Positions 1 through 8,494 of a DNA stretch of 54,365 nt are shown piece after piece. Where the stretch lies: IMG/VR virus record IMGVR_UViG_3300021226_000131, positions 1 to 54,365 of that record; one strand, written 5' to 3'. Source of the stretch: a virus. Taxonomy: Duplodnaviria; Caudoviricetes. The stretch's first letter is position 1; every line of letters begins with the position of its first letter. The position numbers were made by a program, and so were the translations under genes. The notes under the pieces were generated by a model. It saw only the letters and a program-made list of their open reading frames with translations. It was not told the origin of the DNA and did not search any database.

Positions 1-121
1 CTTGTTTGCGTTCGTTTTCAGTCGGAACAAATGCTTTTCTTCCTGCGTTTTCTCGCGCTCCGCCGTTTTCCTTAATGCTTTTTCGCTTAAGACTTGATTT
101 TTCAACTTTCTGTGTTGACAT
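1..121 (-). CDS. terS: Terminase small subunit, N-terminal part (continues across the window end into 54365-54031)
   Basis: ATG at 121 gives MSTQKVEKSSLKRKSIKENGGARENAGRKAFVPTENERKQ with no stop before base 1; GGAR-x-AGR is typical of TerS N-termini; joins in frame with the ORF at the other end. Confidence 0.75.
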   Translation of the reverse strand, partial: MSTQKVEKSSLKRKSIKENGGARENAGRKAFVPTENERKQ

Positions 122-1412
122 TTTTCACCTCCGCAAACGTTTTTCCAGAGGCTTCATGGACAGCCTCTTTGCCCGTAAATTCCTGCCAGCGCGTGACGAT
201 CACGTCGCAGTATTTTGGGTCCAACTCCATGAGCCGTGCAACCCGGCCGTTTTTCTCGGCTGCGATCAGGGTGGTGCCCGAGCCGCCGAAGCTGTCGAGC
301 ACGATGTCGCCGCCCTTGGTGTTGTTGAGAAGCTGGTACTCGAACAGGGCCACGGGCTTCATGGTTGGGTGTTCGCCGTTGCGGCTGGGCTTGTCGAACT
401 CAAGGATGGTGGTCTGCTTGCGGTCGGATGCCCACAGGTGGCCAGCGCCTTCCTTCCAGCCGTACAGGCAAGGCTCGTGCTGCCAGTGGTAGTCCTGGCG
501 GCCCATAACAAGCGACGATTTCTTCCAGATCAGGCACTGGCGCACGGCCCAGCCCGCGTCCTTGGCCGCGCCTCGGAAGTTGTAGCCCTCGCTGTCGGCG
601 TGCCAGATGTAAAACACGGCGCCCGGCTTCATGACGGCGTCGGCAGCGGTGTAAGCGTCGCGCAGGAACTGCCGGAACTGATCGTCGCCCATCTCGTCGT
701 TTTGAATCGTCAGGGCGTCTTTGGTTTTGCCCTCGTAGGCCACGTTGTAAGGCGGGTCGGTGAGCCACATGTCCACCGGTTGGCCGTCGCACAGGCGCTC
801 CAAGTCTGCGATGCTGGTGCTGTCGCCGCAAAGCAGGCGGTGCTTGCCCATGACCCAAACGTCGCCCTGGACGGTCACGGGGTCGACCGGAACGGGTGGT
901 GCATCGTCCGGGTCGGTCAGGCCCTCGGGCAGCTCCTCGGGCATCAGCGCGTCGATCTCGTCCTGGCTGAAACCGGTGAGCTCAACGTCGAAGCCCATCT
1001 CCATGAGATCCTTGAACTCCAGCGCCAGCATTTCGTTGTCCCACCCGGCGTTCAAGGCGAGGCGGTTGTCGGCCACGATGTAGGCGCGTTTCTTGGCCTC
1101 GGACCAGCCCTTGGCCACCATGACCGGGACCTGGGTCATTTTGAGGCGCTGTGCGGCCAACGTGCGGCCGTGTCCGGCAATGATGCCGCCTTGCTCGTCG
1201 ACCAGGATCGGCGTGGTCCATCCCCACTCTTTGATCGAGGCCACCAGCTGCCCGATCTGCTCATCGGAGTGGGTGCGGCTATTGCGTGCGTAGGGGATCA
1301 GTTTTTCGATCGGCCAGTGCTCGATTTTGTCGGCAGGATTTCCGGTGAGGATTTCGCCGGTAATTTGTGGGGCTTGATTTTCCCCGGTTTTTTCAGTCTG
1401 CTGTTTTTTCAT
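102..1412 (-). CDS. ParB/Srx-like N-terminal domain fused to beta-class amino (N6A/N4C) DNA methyltransferase
   Basis: LIPYARNSRTH...SIKEWGW..PILVD..IIAGHGR (ParB-like); catalytic DPPY precedes SAM-binding DSFGGSGT; HPTMKP. Start placed at MKKQ (1412); ORF track extends to 1424. Confidence 0.93.
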   Translation of the reverse strand: MKKQQTEKTGENQAPQITGEILTGNPADKIEHWPIEKLIPYARNSRTHSDEQIGQLVASIKEWGWTTPILVDEQGGIIAGHGRTLAAQRLKMTQVPVMVAKGWSEAKKRAYIVADNRLALNAGWDNEMLALEFKDLMEMGFDVELTGFSQDEIDALMPEELPEGLTDPDDAPPVPVDPVTVQGDVWVMGKHRLLCGDSTSIADLERLCDGQPVDMWLTDPPYNVAYEGKTKDALTIQNDEMGDDQFRQFLRDAYTAADAVMKPGAVFYIWHADSEGYNFRGAAKDAGWAVRQCLIWKKSSLVMGRQDYHWQHEPCLYGWKEGAGHLWASDRKQTTILEFDKPSRNGEHPTMKPVALFEYQLLNNTKGGDIVLDSFGGSGTTLIAAEKNGRVARLMELDPKYCDVIVTRWQEFTGKEAVHEASGKTFAEVKNVNTES

Positions 1413-1470
1413 GCAGGGCTCCAAGTGGTGGGTTGTGAATTATGCAACGGTTTGCCGGGGTTGTGGCTCC

Positions 1471-1802
1471 GCACAGGATCGCACCGGATTGCACGGGAAA
1501 AATCCCACTCCGCTTGTATTCTTTCTTGCGTGTGTGCGTGTGTGTGCATATGCATAAGGGTATGTTTTATCCTGTGCGATCTTGTGCGGGGGTTAAAAAA
1601 CACAATTAAATCAAAGGGTTAGGTTGTTTTTTGCATCTTGTGCAATCTTGTGCGGCACAGGATGCATCTTGTGCCAAATGCAAAAATCAGAATGGTTCCG
1701 AGTCGCTCTCCCAGTCGTGACGCAGCCGAATTCCGATGCAAAGGTTCAATCTTGTGCGAGATGCGCCATCCGCACAGGATGGATCTGCGGGTGATCCTGT
1801 GC
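1471..1802. repeat. Iteron-like 9-bp repeat array, candidate replication origin
   Basis: GCACAGGAT-like copies on + at 1471, 1481, 1491, 1655, 1772 and inverse ATC(C/T)TGTGC at 1569, 1579, 1635, 1645, 1666, 1749, 1794; several at 10-bp spacing; overlaps the primase-helicase 3' end. Confidence 0.8.
1609..1621 (+). promoter_or_regulatory. Candidate IHF binding site
   Basis: AATCAAAGGGTTA matches WATCAANNNNTTR exactly, has an upstream A-tract, and lies between iteron clusters. Confidence 0.6.
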
Positions 1803-4338
1803 GGGAGGCCATCGGTTGGCTGCGTTTGATGCTCGGGAAAGCAGCCGAAAGCTGCCGTCCAAACGACACTTTTGTGCCTGCGTGATCGCGGCCCTGGGCC
1901 TCGCACCACTTCTTCCAGGCCTTGAAAAGCTCGTCGCGGTCGACCTGGGCGTGCTCGCTGACCACGCAAAGTTCGTCCACAAAAGCCCGGATCGGGCTGG
2001 TCTGATCGACCAAGTCGGAGGCCAGCTCGTCGGCTGATTTGGGGCGCTGGAAGTACCCGCGTTGGTTCAAGCGAAGCAGGCCGTCCAAGGCCCACAGGAC
2101 GATGCCAGGCAGCTCCTTAAGCAGTCGGTCGGTCAGGCCATGGTCCTCGCGGCCCAGGAAGCTCGTGTTGAACTTGAAGGGCAAAAACCGGTTGGCCAGG
2201 GCGGCCGAGGCGTCCGAGAAGGCGGGAAGCTCGTTGGAGGCCAGCACGAAGCGAATGGCCATCTTGCCGGACCAGGCGGTCATGTTCTTGCGGTCGATCG
2301 TGATCGTGTCCTCGCCCGAAATCCGCAGCAAGTTTTCCACGATCGGCTGCTGATCGGCCCGGCCGGACAGGCGCGCGTCCGAGATCATGGCCAGGCGCTT
2401 GCCGATCAGGGGCTGCAGGCCGAACTGCGTGCCCAGGGACGCCAGGCTTGGGCTTACCCGGTTGGCGTACCCCACCAGGGCCTCGAGGATGCGCAGGATC
2501 GTGCCCTTGCCGCAGCGCGGGGGGCCGATGAGCATGAACATCTTTTGTTGGCTGGTGTCGTCGGTCAGCAGGTAGCCGAACACCTCGGCCAGGGTGTCGA
2601 TCGACTCGGGGTCGTCGGGCCAGAGGCTGTGCAGGAATTTCAGCCACTCGGTGGGCTCACTGGCGCTGGGGTTGTAGTCAAACGCCAGGGACGAGACGCA
2701 AAACAGGCGGTCCGTCGAGGGCATGATGGTTCGCGTGGGGTGGTGCAGAAACCCGTTTTTAAAGGCCACGATCTCGTGGGCGGGAAAGTCGCCTGGTTTC
2801 GGGTCGATCCAGACCTGGGGCTCAGGCAGGTCGGCGTAGCAGACCGCGCGCAGGGCGTGGGCCACATCGTTGACCGTGCTGGTCTTGGGGTTGAAGGCCA
2901 CCGTTTCGCTGTCGCCCGTTTTGGGGTTGACCTTGAGGGTCATGCACCCGGCCATGAAGTGGTAGAGGCGCTGGTCGATGTAGACCCGGTCCCGGGTGAC
3001 GTAGCGGGTGGTGTCCCAGCTGTAGAACTCGCCGCGCCAGTGCAGGATACGCCCAGCCTCGGGCAGGGTGTCATGGAACAGGGTGGCGGTTTTCATCGGC
3101 GAGGATGAAAAAATCATTGGGGCATCGTGGCTGTCCGGTGGAATGTCGTCCGGGCCGTCGTCGGGCGGGGGTGGGTGGTCAGCGCCGCCAGAGGAGTACT
3201 CCGGGGGGTGGGCAAAAGGGTGGGCCGATTCTGCAAAGCGTTCTGCAGATTCTGCGGAATGGTTCTGCAAAGGCACATCATCCCAAGGCGCACCTTCGGG
3301 CCCGTCGTCACCAGGTGGCAGGGTCTCGGGCTCATCCGGTGAGCCTGCCTTCATGATACCGTCCTCGACTGCAATGAGGCCCTCGGCCAGGTGCAGGTCG
3401 TTGAAGTCGGTACCGGTGCCCCGGTCCACAGACCACAAGGGGATGGCCACCAGGGCGTTGATTTCTCGCGCAGCCTTGCGGGCATCGGTGATGCCCGGAT
3501 TGCCCTTGGTCTGGAAGTCATCGTCGGCCGCGATCACGATTCGGGCGTCGGGAAGGGCTGCGCGGATTTTTCGGGCGACCGGCGCCAGGTTGCCGGAGTT
3601 AAAGGCGACCACCACGCAGTGCCCGGTGGCCATGCGGATGGAGCAGCAGGTGGCCCAGCCCTCGGCGATGATGACCGTACCCTGCTTGTCGGGCTTGCCC
3701 AGGACGGTGTAGGCGCCGCCGGACGGGGTGCCTTTCAAAAACAGCTTTGTGCCGTCGGACTTGATGCGCTGCAGGCCGACCAAGGCGCCGGGGCCGTGGC
3801 GCATGGGGATGAGCAGCTCGTCGGCCAGCTGGCGGGCGCCCTCGGGCTCGATCAGCTTGCGTTGAGCGTAGGGGTGAACGGTTGGGGTGCTGGCCCGGGC
3901 CCACATCTCGGCGGCGCGTTGGGCGGCCAGCTCGCGCTCGATGCGCGCTGCGGTTTCCTCTTCGGCCATCCGGGCCTCGCGCTCAGCGATGCGGCGGGCA
4001 CGTTCTTCGGGGTCGACCGGCTTACGGTCCTGGGCTGTGGATTTGTAGCCGCCCTCTTTGGCCAAGGCGATCAGGGTGCCGATCGTGGCGCGGTTTGTGC
4101 CGCCGCCGGGCTTGCACGATTTCCAGACGTCGCGCGCGTCGCGGGGGTTGTAGTTCGAGCCCTGCTGGCTCCAGGCGTCCCAAGCATCAAAGGCTGGCTC
4201 GCCGAATTCTTCTTTGAGGATGAAGGCCATCTTCACCCAGGTTTCGCGGTCATCAACACCGCGAACGAATGAGAGCATGCGCTCTGCTGTCTCAAGGGAA
4301 ATGGGATCCCTTTGCCCTGTCGGTTTTTTTGTTGTCAT
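1687..4338 (-). CDS. Primase-helicase (PriCT-2-like N-terminus, TOPRIM, D5/P4-like SF3 helicase)
   Basis: DDRETWVKMAF..WDAWSQQGSNY (PriCT-2); IIAEGWAT and IAADDD (TOPRIM); VAFKNG, GPPRCGKGT Walker A, ASNELP, ALANRF (SF3). Confidence 0.93.
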   Translation of the reverse strand: MTTKKPTGQRDPISLETAERMLSFVRGVDDRETWVKMAFILKEEFGEPAFDAWDAWSQQGSNYNPRDARDVWKSCKPGGGTNRATIGTLIALAKEGGYKSTAQDRKPVDPEERARRIAEREARMAEEETAARIERELAAQRAAEMWARASTPTVHPYAQRKLIEPEGARQLADELLIPMRHGPGALVGLQRIKSDGTKLFLKGTPSGGAYTVLGKPDKQGTVIIAEGWATCCSIRMATGHCVVVAFNSGNLAPVARKIRAALPDARIVIAADDDFQTKGNPGITDARKAAREINALVAIPLWSVDRGTGTDFNDLHLAEGLIAVEDGIMKAGSPDEPETLPPGDDGPEGAPWDDVPLQNHSAESAERFAESAHPFAHPPEYSSGGADHPPPPDDGPDDIPPDSHDAPMIFSSSPMKTATLFHDTLPEAGRILHWRGEFYSWDTTRYVTRDRVYIDQRLYHFMAGCMTLKVNPKTGDSETVAFNPKTSTVNDVAHALRAVCYADLPEPQVWIDPKPGDFPAHEIVAFKNGFLHHPTRTIMPSTDRLFCVSSLAFDYNPSASEPTEWLKFLHSLWPDDPESIDTLAEVFGYLLTDDTSQQKMFMLIGPPRCGKGTILRILEALVGYANRVSPSLASLGTQFGLQPLIGKRLAMISDARLSGRADQQPIVENLLRISGEDTITIDRKNMTAWSGKMAIRFVLASNELPAFSDASAALANRFLPFKFNTSFLGREDHGLTDRLLKELPGIVLWALDGLLRLNQRGYFQRPKSADELASDLVDQTSPIRAFVDELCVVSEHAQVDRDELFKAWKKWCEAQGRDHAGTKVSFGRQLSAAFPSIKRSQPMASRTGSPADPSCADGASRTRLNLCIGIRLRHDWESDSEPF

Positions 4339-4584
4339 ACCTGGCGTCTGTTGGCTGGCGAGTAAAAGGTGGGGCAGCCCTCGCCAGGGTCAGGCTTTGT
4401 CCCGCGTGGATCAGACGCGGTAAGCCCCGTGGACAGTATAAAGGTGTGTGGGCGGAAAAACGCAACAGATGCGCAAATAAATGTGCGGAAAACCCGTACA
4501 GGCGTGGTAGGATTACGCCCGACACGCTGCCGGAATGGAGTTCAAGAAACTCGGCGAAAACAGGTCGGTGGCGTGTCAAACTGT

Positions 4585-4657
4585 CGCGGGCGGTGCTGGG
4601 CACCGGCAGGTCTCATAAGCCTGATCGCGCATGGTTCGATTCCATGGCCCGCAACCA
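4585..4657 (+). tRNA. Atypical tRNA-Met(CAT), initiator-like
   Basis: Acceptor CGCGGGC/GCCCGCA with C1:A72 mismatch, then A-CCA; anticodon arm CAGGT-CTCATAA-GCCTG; T arm CATGG-TTCGATT-CCATG; shortened D region GGTGC-TGG-GCACC. Confidence 0.85.
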
Positions 4658-4969
4658 TCATTCCGCCAGCACCCGCCTGGCGTCCTCCACCGACCGCACG
4701 ATCCCGGCCAAGGCGCCGCGCTTTTTCATGGCGGCGATGAATGCCAGCTGCTCTTTGGTGGCCCGGCCGGTGGCGGTCTTCACCTCCAGGTAGAAAGCAT
4801 GGCAATCAGCCTGGCGGTGGCCAAACAGGTCCGAAAAACCGACGGGCAGGCCCGAGCGCACCGGCCGTCCGTCCTTGGTGAAGAACAAGCCCACGTTGGC
4901 CCGGGCCACGAAGTGCCCGTCCTCCGAGAGAGCGACCATGATCTGGCGCATCAAATCGGATTCGGTCAT
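4658..4969 (-). CDS. VRR-NUC domain nuclease (PD-(D/E)xK; resolvase-like)
   Basis: MTESDL...GFSDLFG...YLEVKTATGRATKEQ..F...VRSVEDA. Confidence 0.9.
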   Translation of the reverse strand: MTESDLMRQIMVALSEDGHFVARANVGLFFTKDGRPVRSGLPVGFSDLFGHRQADCHAFYLEVKTATGRATKEQLAFIAAMKKRGALAGIVRSVEDARRVLAE

Positions 4970-5241
4970 CGCCTGCCGTGCTCCCACACACGCCGCACCA
5001 AGGCCTCGAGCTCTAGGCAGGCCTTCTCGCCGCGCACCTGCAGGATCCCGCGCTTGACGATCTTGCCGCCTTCCTCCCGGCCGCGCAGGTACTCGCGGCG
5101 CAGGACTTTGTCGGGGATGGCCAAGATGTGGCGGGCTTCACATTCCTGACGCCAAGCCTTGCACCAAGTGCACACGGTGGTGCCGTCGATCAGTTTGGTC
5201 ACCTGGTCAGTCTCCAGGCGGTTGCATCCGGCGCAGCTCAT
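4966..5241 (-). CDS. Hypothetical protein with CxxC pairs
   Basis: ATGA-coupled to both neighbours; CAGC, CTWC. Confidence 0.7.
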   Translation of the reverse strand: MSCAGCNRLETDQVTKLIDGTTVCTWCKAWRQECEARHILAIPDKVLRREYLRGREEGGKIVKRGILQVRGEKACLELEALVRRVWEHGRR

Positions 5242-6656
5242 CGTCGTTGTGCCTCCTTGGCGTGGCGGGCGCGGAGAACATGGCGAGCCCAAAGTTCAGG
5301 CCTCTTCATGCCGCGTTGTCGGCCAATTTTTATGAGGTCCTCCAGCGTCTGCGACCTACCCTGCTCCATCTTGCGGGCCTTGATCGCTTGAGCCTTGGCG
5401 GCGTCGGTGATCTCCTGAAGCTCCCCATCCACCTCCTCGATCTCGCGCCCAACCGGCTCGAAGTGGTGGCCACAAGCGCAGTCGGTGACGATGCTGGGCA
5501 CGGTGGCAAAGCAGGCCGGGCAGGTCTTGACCGGCACTTCAGACTTCTTGGCGCCCTTGCGCTTTTCTACGGCGGCCAGGGTCCACTCGCGTTTGTCGGT
5601 CGGAAGCCCGTGGCGCTTCACGTTGCCAGCATGGTCGAGGATGATGCAGTCCTCCTTGCCTGGGTGCGTGCGCAGGCCACGGCCGACGGACTGCAAGTAC
5701 TTCACGACCGACTGCGTGGGCGCGAGTTGGATGATGCAGCCAATCGACGGGGCGTCCACACCAGCCACCCACAGTGCGCAATTGCACACAACGTCCAGGC
5801 TGCCATCGCGCAGGCCCTGCAGTGCGGCGTCGCGCTCGACGGTGTCCGAGTCACCGCTGATGGCCACGGCCCGGTACCCAGCCTGGCGAAACTGCTCGGC
5901 CACGTTGGTGGCGTGCTCGACAGTCACGCAAAACGCCACGGCCGGGCGACCGTGCGCCAGCTTGCGGTAGTGCGTGACAGCCGACCCGGTGATCACCGGC
6001 TTGTCCATCGCGGCGGCCAGCTCGCCCTGGTTGAAGTCGCCCGCAACGGTGTGCACACCGGACAGGTCCGGCTCGCTGGGGGCGTAGTAACGGATGGCGG
6101 CCAGCAGCTTCTCGTCGATCAGCTCCTGGGTACCGCAGGTGAGGATCAGAATGTCGGCCACCTCACCCATGCCCCGGCCGTCCAAGCGGCAAGGCGTGCC
6201 GGTCAGGTGCAGCAGGTGAGTGCCACCGGGCCGCTTGAACTTCGGGCCTGCGCCAGCCCACTGGAAGATGGTCTGGTAGGTGTTGGCCACGGCCAGATGC
6301 GCCTCGTCCACGATGATCAGGTCCGGCGGCTCGAACTGGTCCAAGCGGCGCACCAGAGTCTGCACCATGGCCACCTGAACCGGGTGGTGTCTGTTGCCAT
6401 CACGGCCAGCGGCGATCCAGCCGTGGTCAATGCCCGCATCGGTCAGGCGACTGCTTGTGTCGTTGAGGATTTCCTTGAGGTGCGCGATGAACCACACGCG
6501 ATTTCCTTTGGCCAGGGCGCTGTGGATCATGCAGATCGCGGTTGCACTCTTGCCAAAACCCGTGGGGGCTACCAGGATGGGCGCCTTGAAGCCGCGACGG
6601 TATGCGGCGCGCAGGTCGTCGATGGCTTTTGCTTGTCGGGGGCGAGGAATGATCAT
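5238..6656 (-). CDS. SF2 DEAH-box helicase with C-terminal zinc finger (YejH/RadD-like)
   Basis: APTGFGKS, DEAH, LTGTP, QSVGRGLR, ILDHAGN, CPAC...CACGH. Confidence 0.93.
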   Translation of the reverse strand: MIIPRPRQAKAIDDLRAAYRRGFKAPILVAPTGFGKSATAICMIHSALAKGNRVWFIAHLKEILNDTSSRLTDAGIDHGWIAAGRDGNRHHPVQVAMVQTLVRRLDQFEPPDLIIVDEAHLAVANTYQTIFQWAGAGPKFKRPGGTHLLHLTGTPCRLDGRGMGEVADILILTCGTQELIDEKLLAAIRYYAPSEPDLSGVHTVAGDFNQGELAAAMDKPVITGSAVTHYRKLAHGRPAVAFCVTVEHATNVAEQFRQAGYRAVAISGDSDTVERDAALQGLRDGSLDVVCNCALWVAGVDAPSIGCIIQLAPTQSVVKYLQSVGRGLRTHPGKEDCIILDHAGNVKRHGLPTDKREWTLAAVEKRKGAKKSEVPVKTCPACFATVPSIVTDCACGHHFEPVGREIEEVDGELQEITDAAKAQAIKARKMEQGRSQTLEDLIKIGRQRGMKRPELWARHVLRARHAKEAQRR

Positions 6657-6892
6657 CGCTTCCCCCGAATCGGAGCGCGCTCGACGAAGTAGCGGCCGGT
6701 GGCGTGATTGAATTTTCCAGTCAAGCCGCGCTGATTGAGCAGCTCCTGCAGCGTAGTGTTGTGCGGGATGTGCGCAAGCCACTCGCCACCAATCTCGTTT
6801 GGCTCGCCGGTTGACGCGATGCGGTTCAGGAAATCGATGATCTCCAGGTAAGCGTTCTTCTTGAGCGTTGCTTCGTATTCATCCCTGGTCAT
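6653..6892 (-). CDS. Hypothetical protein
   Basis: MTRDEYEATL...; 4-bp overlaps with both neighbours. Confidence 0.7.
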   Translation of the reverse strand: MTRDEYEATLKKNAYLEIIDFLNRIASTGEPNEIGGEWLAHIPHNTTLQELLNQRGLTGKFNHATGRYFVERAPIRGKR

Positions 6893-7209
6893 ATCAAGTC
6901 CCCCGGCCTGACCAGTGCTTTTGCCTTCCTGCGCCGCCAACCTGCATACTGCACCGCTTTCAGATCGGCCAACACCTCGCGGTGCACGATCTCGACGTTG
7001 TGCATCTGCATGTAGTTGTCGATCACGTTGAAGCGGTTTTTCTCAAACATGAATTTCGGCTTGCGATGCAGGCGCAGGCGAAAACGGTAGGTTGTTGCGC
7101 TGTGCGCGGAAAAGTCGTACCAGGCCCAAATCAGCACAAATCCGCCGGGCGTGAATCGAAAGTTCAGTCCAATATGGATGTGCTCGCCTTCGCGTGTGTA
7201 GTGGATCAT
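6889..7209 (-). CDS. Hypothetical protein
   Basis: SD AAGGA, ATGA coupling. Confidence 0.7.
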   Translation of the reverse strand: MIHYTREGEHIHIGLNFRFTPGGFVLIWAWYDFSAHSATTYRFRLRLHRKPKFMFEKNRFNVIDNYMQMHNVEIVHREVLADLKAVQYAGWRRRKAKALVRPGDLI

Positions 7210-7433
7210 GTGTTTTCCTTGATGGTCCCCGGATCAGTGGAATGACTGTTGTCGCCGGTTGCGCGCCGAAAACCCTCCTGGTACCCCTCGTAATGAGCCA
7301 CCCAGTCCCAGTTCAGTTGTTTTGGGTTACGTCGCTCCACCTCGCCGCGATTCATTGCTCTTGCATAAGCTTCACGACGATTGGTTGCATAACGGGCGGC
7401 TTTCATGTGCAGTTCTTCATCAGTCATCTTCAT
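7206..7433 (-). CDS. Hypothetical protein
   Basis: SD AGGAG; in coupled chain. Confidence 0.65.
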   Translation of the reverse strand: MKMTDEELHMKAARYATNRREAYARAMNRGEVERRNPKQLNWDWVAHYEGYQEGFRRATGDNSHSTDPGTIKENT

Positions 7434-7578
7434 TCTCCTGGTAGTCCTGGATTAGCTGGGCCTTGACCAAGTCCAAGCATCCGAGAGCGGTGGGCAGCAG
7501 CATGGTCTGCTCGTATTTGTGCACGACGGCAAGCAGCTCGTCGACCAAGGCTTGGGTGATGGCGCCGTGGTAATTCAT
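7420..7578 (-). CDS. Hypothetical protein (52 aa)
   Basis: MNYHGAITQALVDEL...; SD GAGGA; ATGA overlap. Confidence 0.65.
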   Translation of the reverse strand: MNYHGAITQALVDELLAVVHKYEQTMLLPTALGCLDLVKAQLIQDYQENEDD

Positions 7579-7658
7579 TTGTTGGTCCTCGGTGGGAGTT
7601 GCGAAATCGCCCGCGCAAGTTGGCGCAGGCGTTCGAGGGCGGTTTGTAGCGGTGTCAT
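7575..7658 (-). CDS. Small hypothetical protein (27 aa)
   Basis: MTPLQTALERLRQLARAISQLPPRTNK fills the gap with ATGA overlaps on both sides. Confidence 0.5.
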   Translation of the reverse strand: MTPLQTALERLRQLARAISQLPPRTNK

Positions 7659-7876
7659 GGCCAGAGCACCCCCGAGCGAACCTGCTCGCGCAGCGCGGAA
7701 TAGTCGCCACACATGCATTCGTCCAGGTGGTCTGCGATGCGTTGGCGCTCGGCCACAGCCCCTAACTCTTTGAGCTTGTCGCAAAGGGCGTGAAACCCCG
7801 TGATGTTGATGTCGCTGTCCGAGCCTTTGATTTTGCAAATGCTCAAGATTCCCACTCTGATTTCTTGGTCGGTCAT
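7655..7876 (-). CDS. Hypothetical protein
   Basis: MTDQEIRVG...; ATGA overlaps. Confidence 0.65.
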   Translation of the reverse strand: MTDQEIRVGILSICKIKGSDSDINITGFHALCDKLKELGAVAERQRIADHLDECMCGDYSALREQVRSGVLWP

Positions 7877-8112
7877 GCTTGCCCCCTCATCATCTTCCAC
7901 AACACCGGCGCTGGCCGCCTGCTCAGCGCTCGCTTGCGACCGCGCATGCCTCTGGCCTTGCGGATGGGTGGTCGCCACATCAGGTTGAGGAATAGCGCGG
8001 GGGGCACGATCAGGTGCGTGGGACGCAAAGCGATGCGCTCTTCCATGGCATCGATGTGCCCAGCCATTTGCATAAGTGCCTGTTCCAGGCTTTCCTCGGT
8101 AAGTGCAGTCAT
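7873..8112 (-). CDS. Small protein resembling a major capsid protein segment, with Arg-rich tail
   Basis: Residues 3-38 align ungapped with MCP residues 166-201 (14/36 identical); ATGA-coupled on both sides. Confidence 0.7.
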   Translation of the reverse strand: MTALTEESLEQALMQMAGHIDAMEERIALRPTHLIVPPALFLNLMWRPPIRKARGMRGRKRALSRRPAPVLWKMMRGQA

Positions 8113-8390
8113 GATTCCCCCCTTGCCTTGATAGCCGCGATGCATTCCTGTGCCTGCCAGTCTGTGGCGTACCTCTTCATGTGATATTTGGCTGCGATCT
8201 GCTCGCACGCTTTCAGGCAGCCATTGCGCTCCATCGCGGCGATCTTTGCGACCAGGATCTTGGCGATTCGAATCTCGTCCTGCAGGTCAACGCCCATGCG
8301 GTAGTTGCAGATTTGCCCGTCTGAGGTTCTGAGGTTGTGCACCTCGATCAGGAACTGCTCGACGGGGTCGGTGCTTTCAAAGCTCACCAT
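8109..8390 (-). CDS. Hypothetical protein with C-terminal ERxxC...CxAAIKARG module
   Basis: SD GGAGG; C-terminus similar to 18751-19164. Confidence 0.7.
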   Translation of the reverse strand: MVSFESTDPVEQFLIEVHNLRTSDGQICNYRMGVDLQDEIRIAKILVAKIAAMERNGCLKACEQIAAKYHMKRYATDWQAQECIAAIKARGES

Positions 8391-8494
8391 GGCGCCTCCT
8401 CAGCATCGTTGAGCTGCTTGCGTTTGTACGCAGCTTCTTGCTTTGGAGTCCACGGCACGGGGCCGGTGGGCGGGGGGAATGGCCAGGTGTTCAT
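8384..8494 (-). CDS. Small Pro-rich protein (36 aa)
   Basis: MNTWPFPPPTGPVPWT...EEAPW; overlaps both neighbours. Confidence 0.6.
   Translation of the reverse strand: MNTWPFPPPTGPVPWTPKQEAAYKRKQLNDAEEAPW

Noticed and set aside
6-1622. 538-aa + strand ORF
   Set aside because: Antisense shadow of the ParB-methyltransferase; no motifs; expected in GC-rich coding DNA
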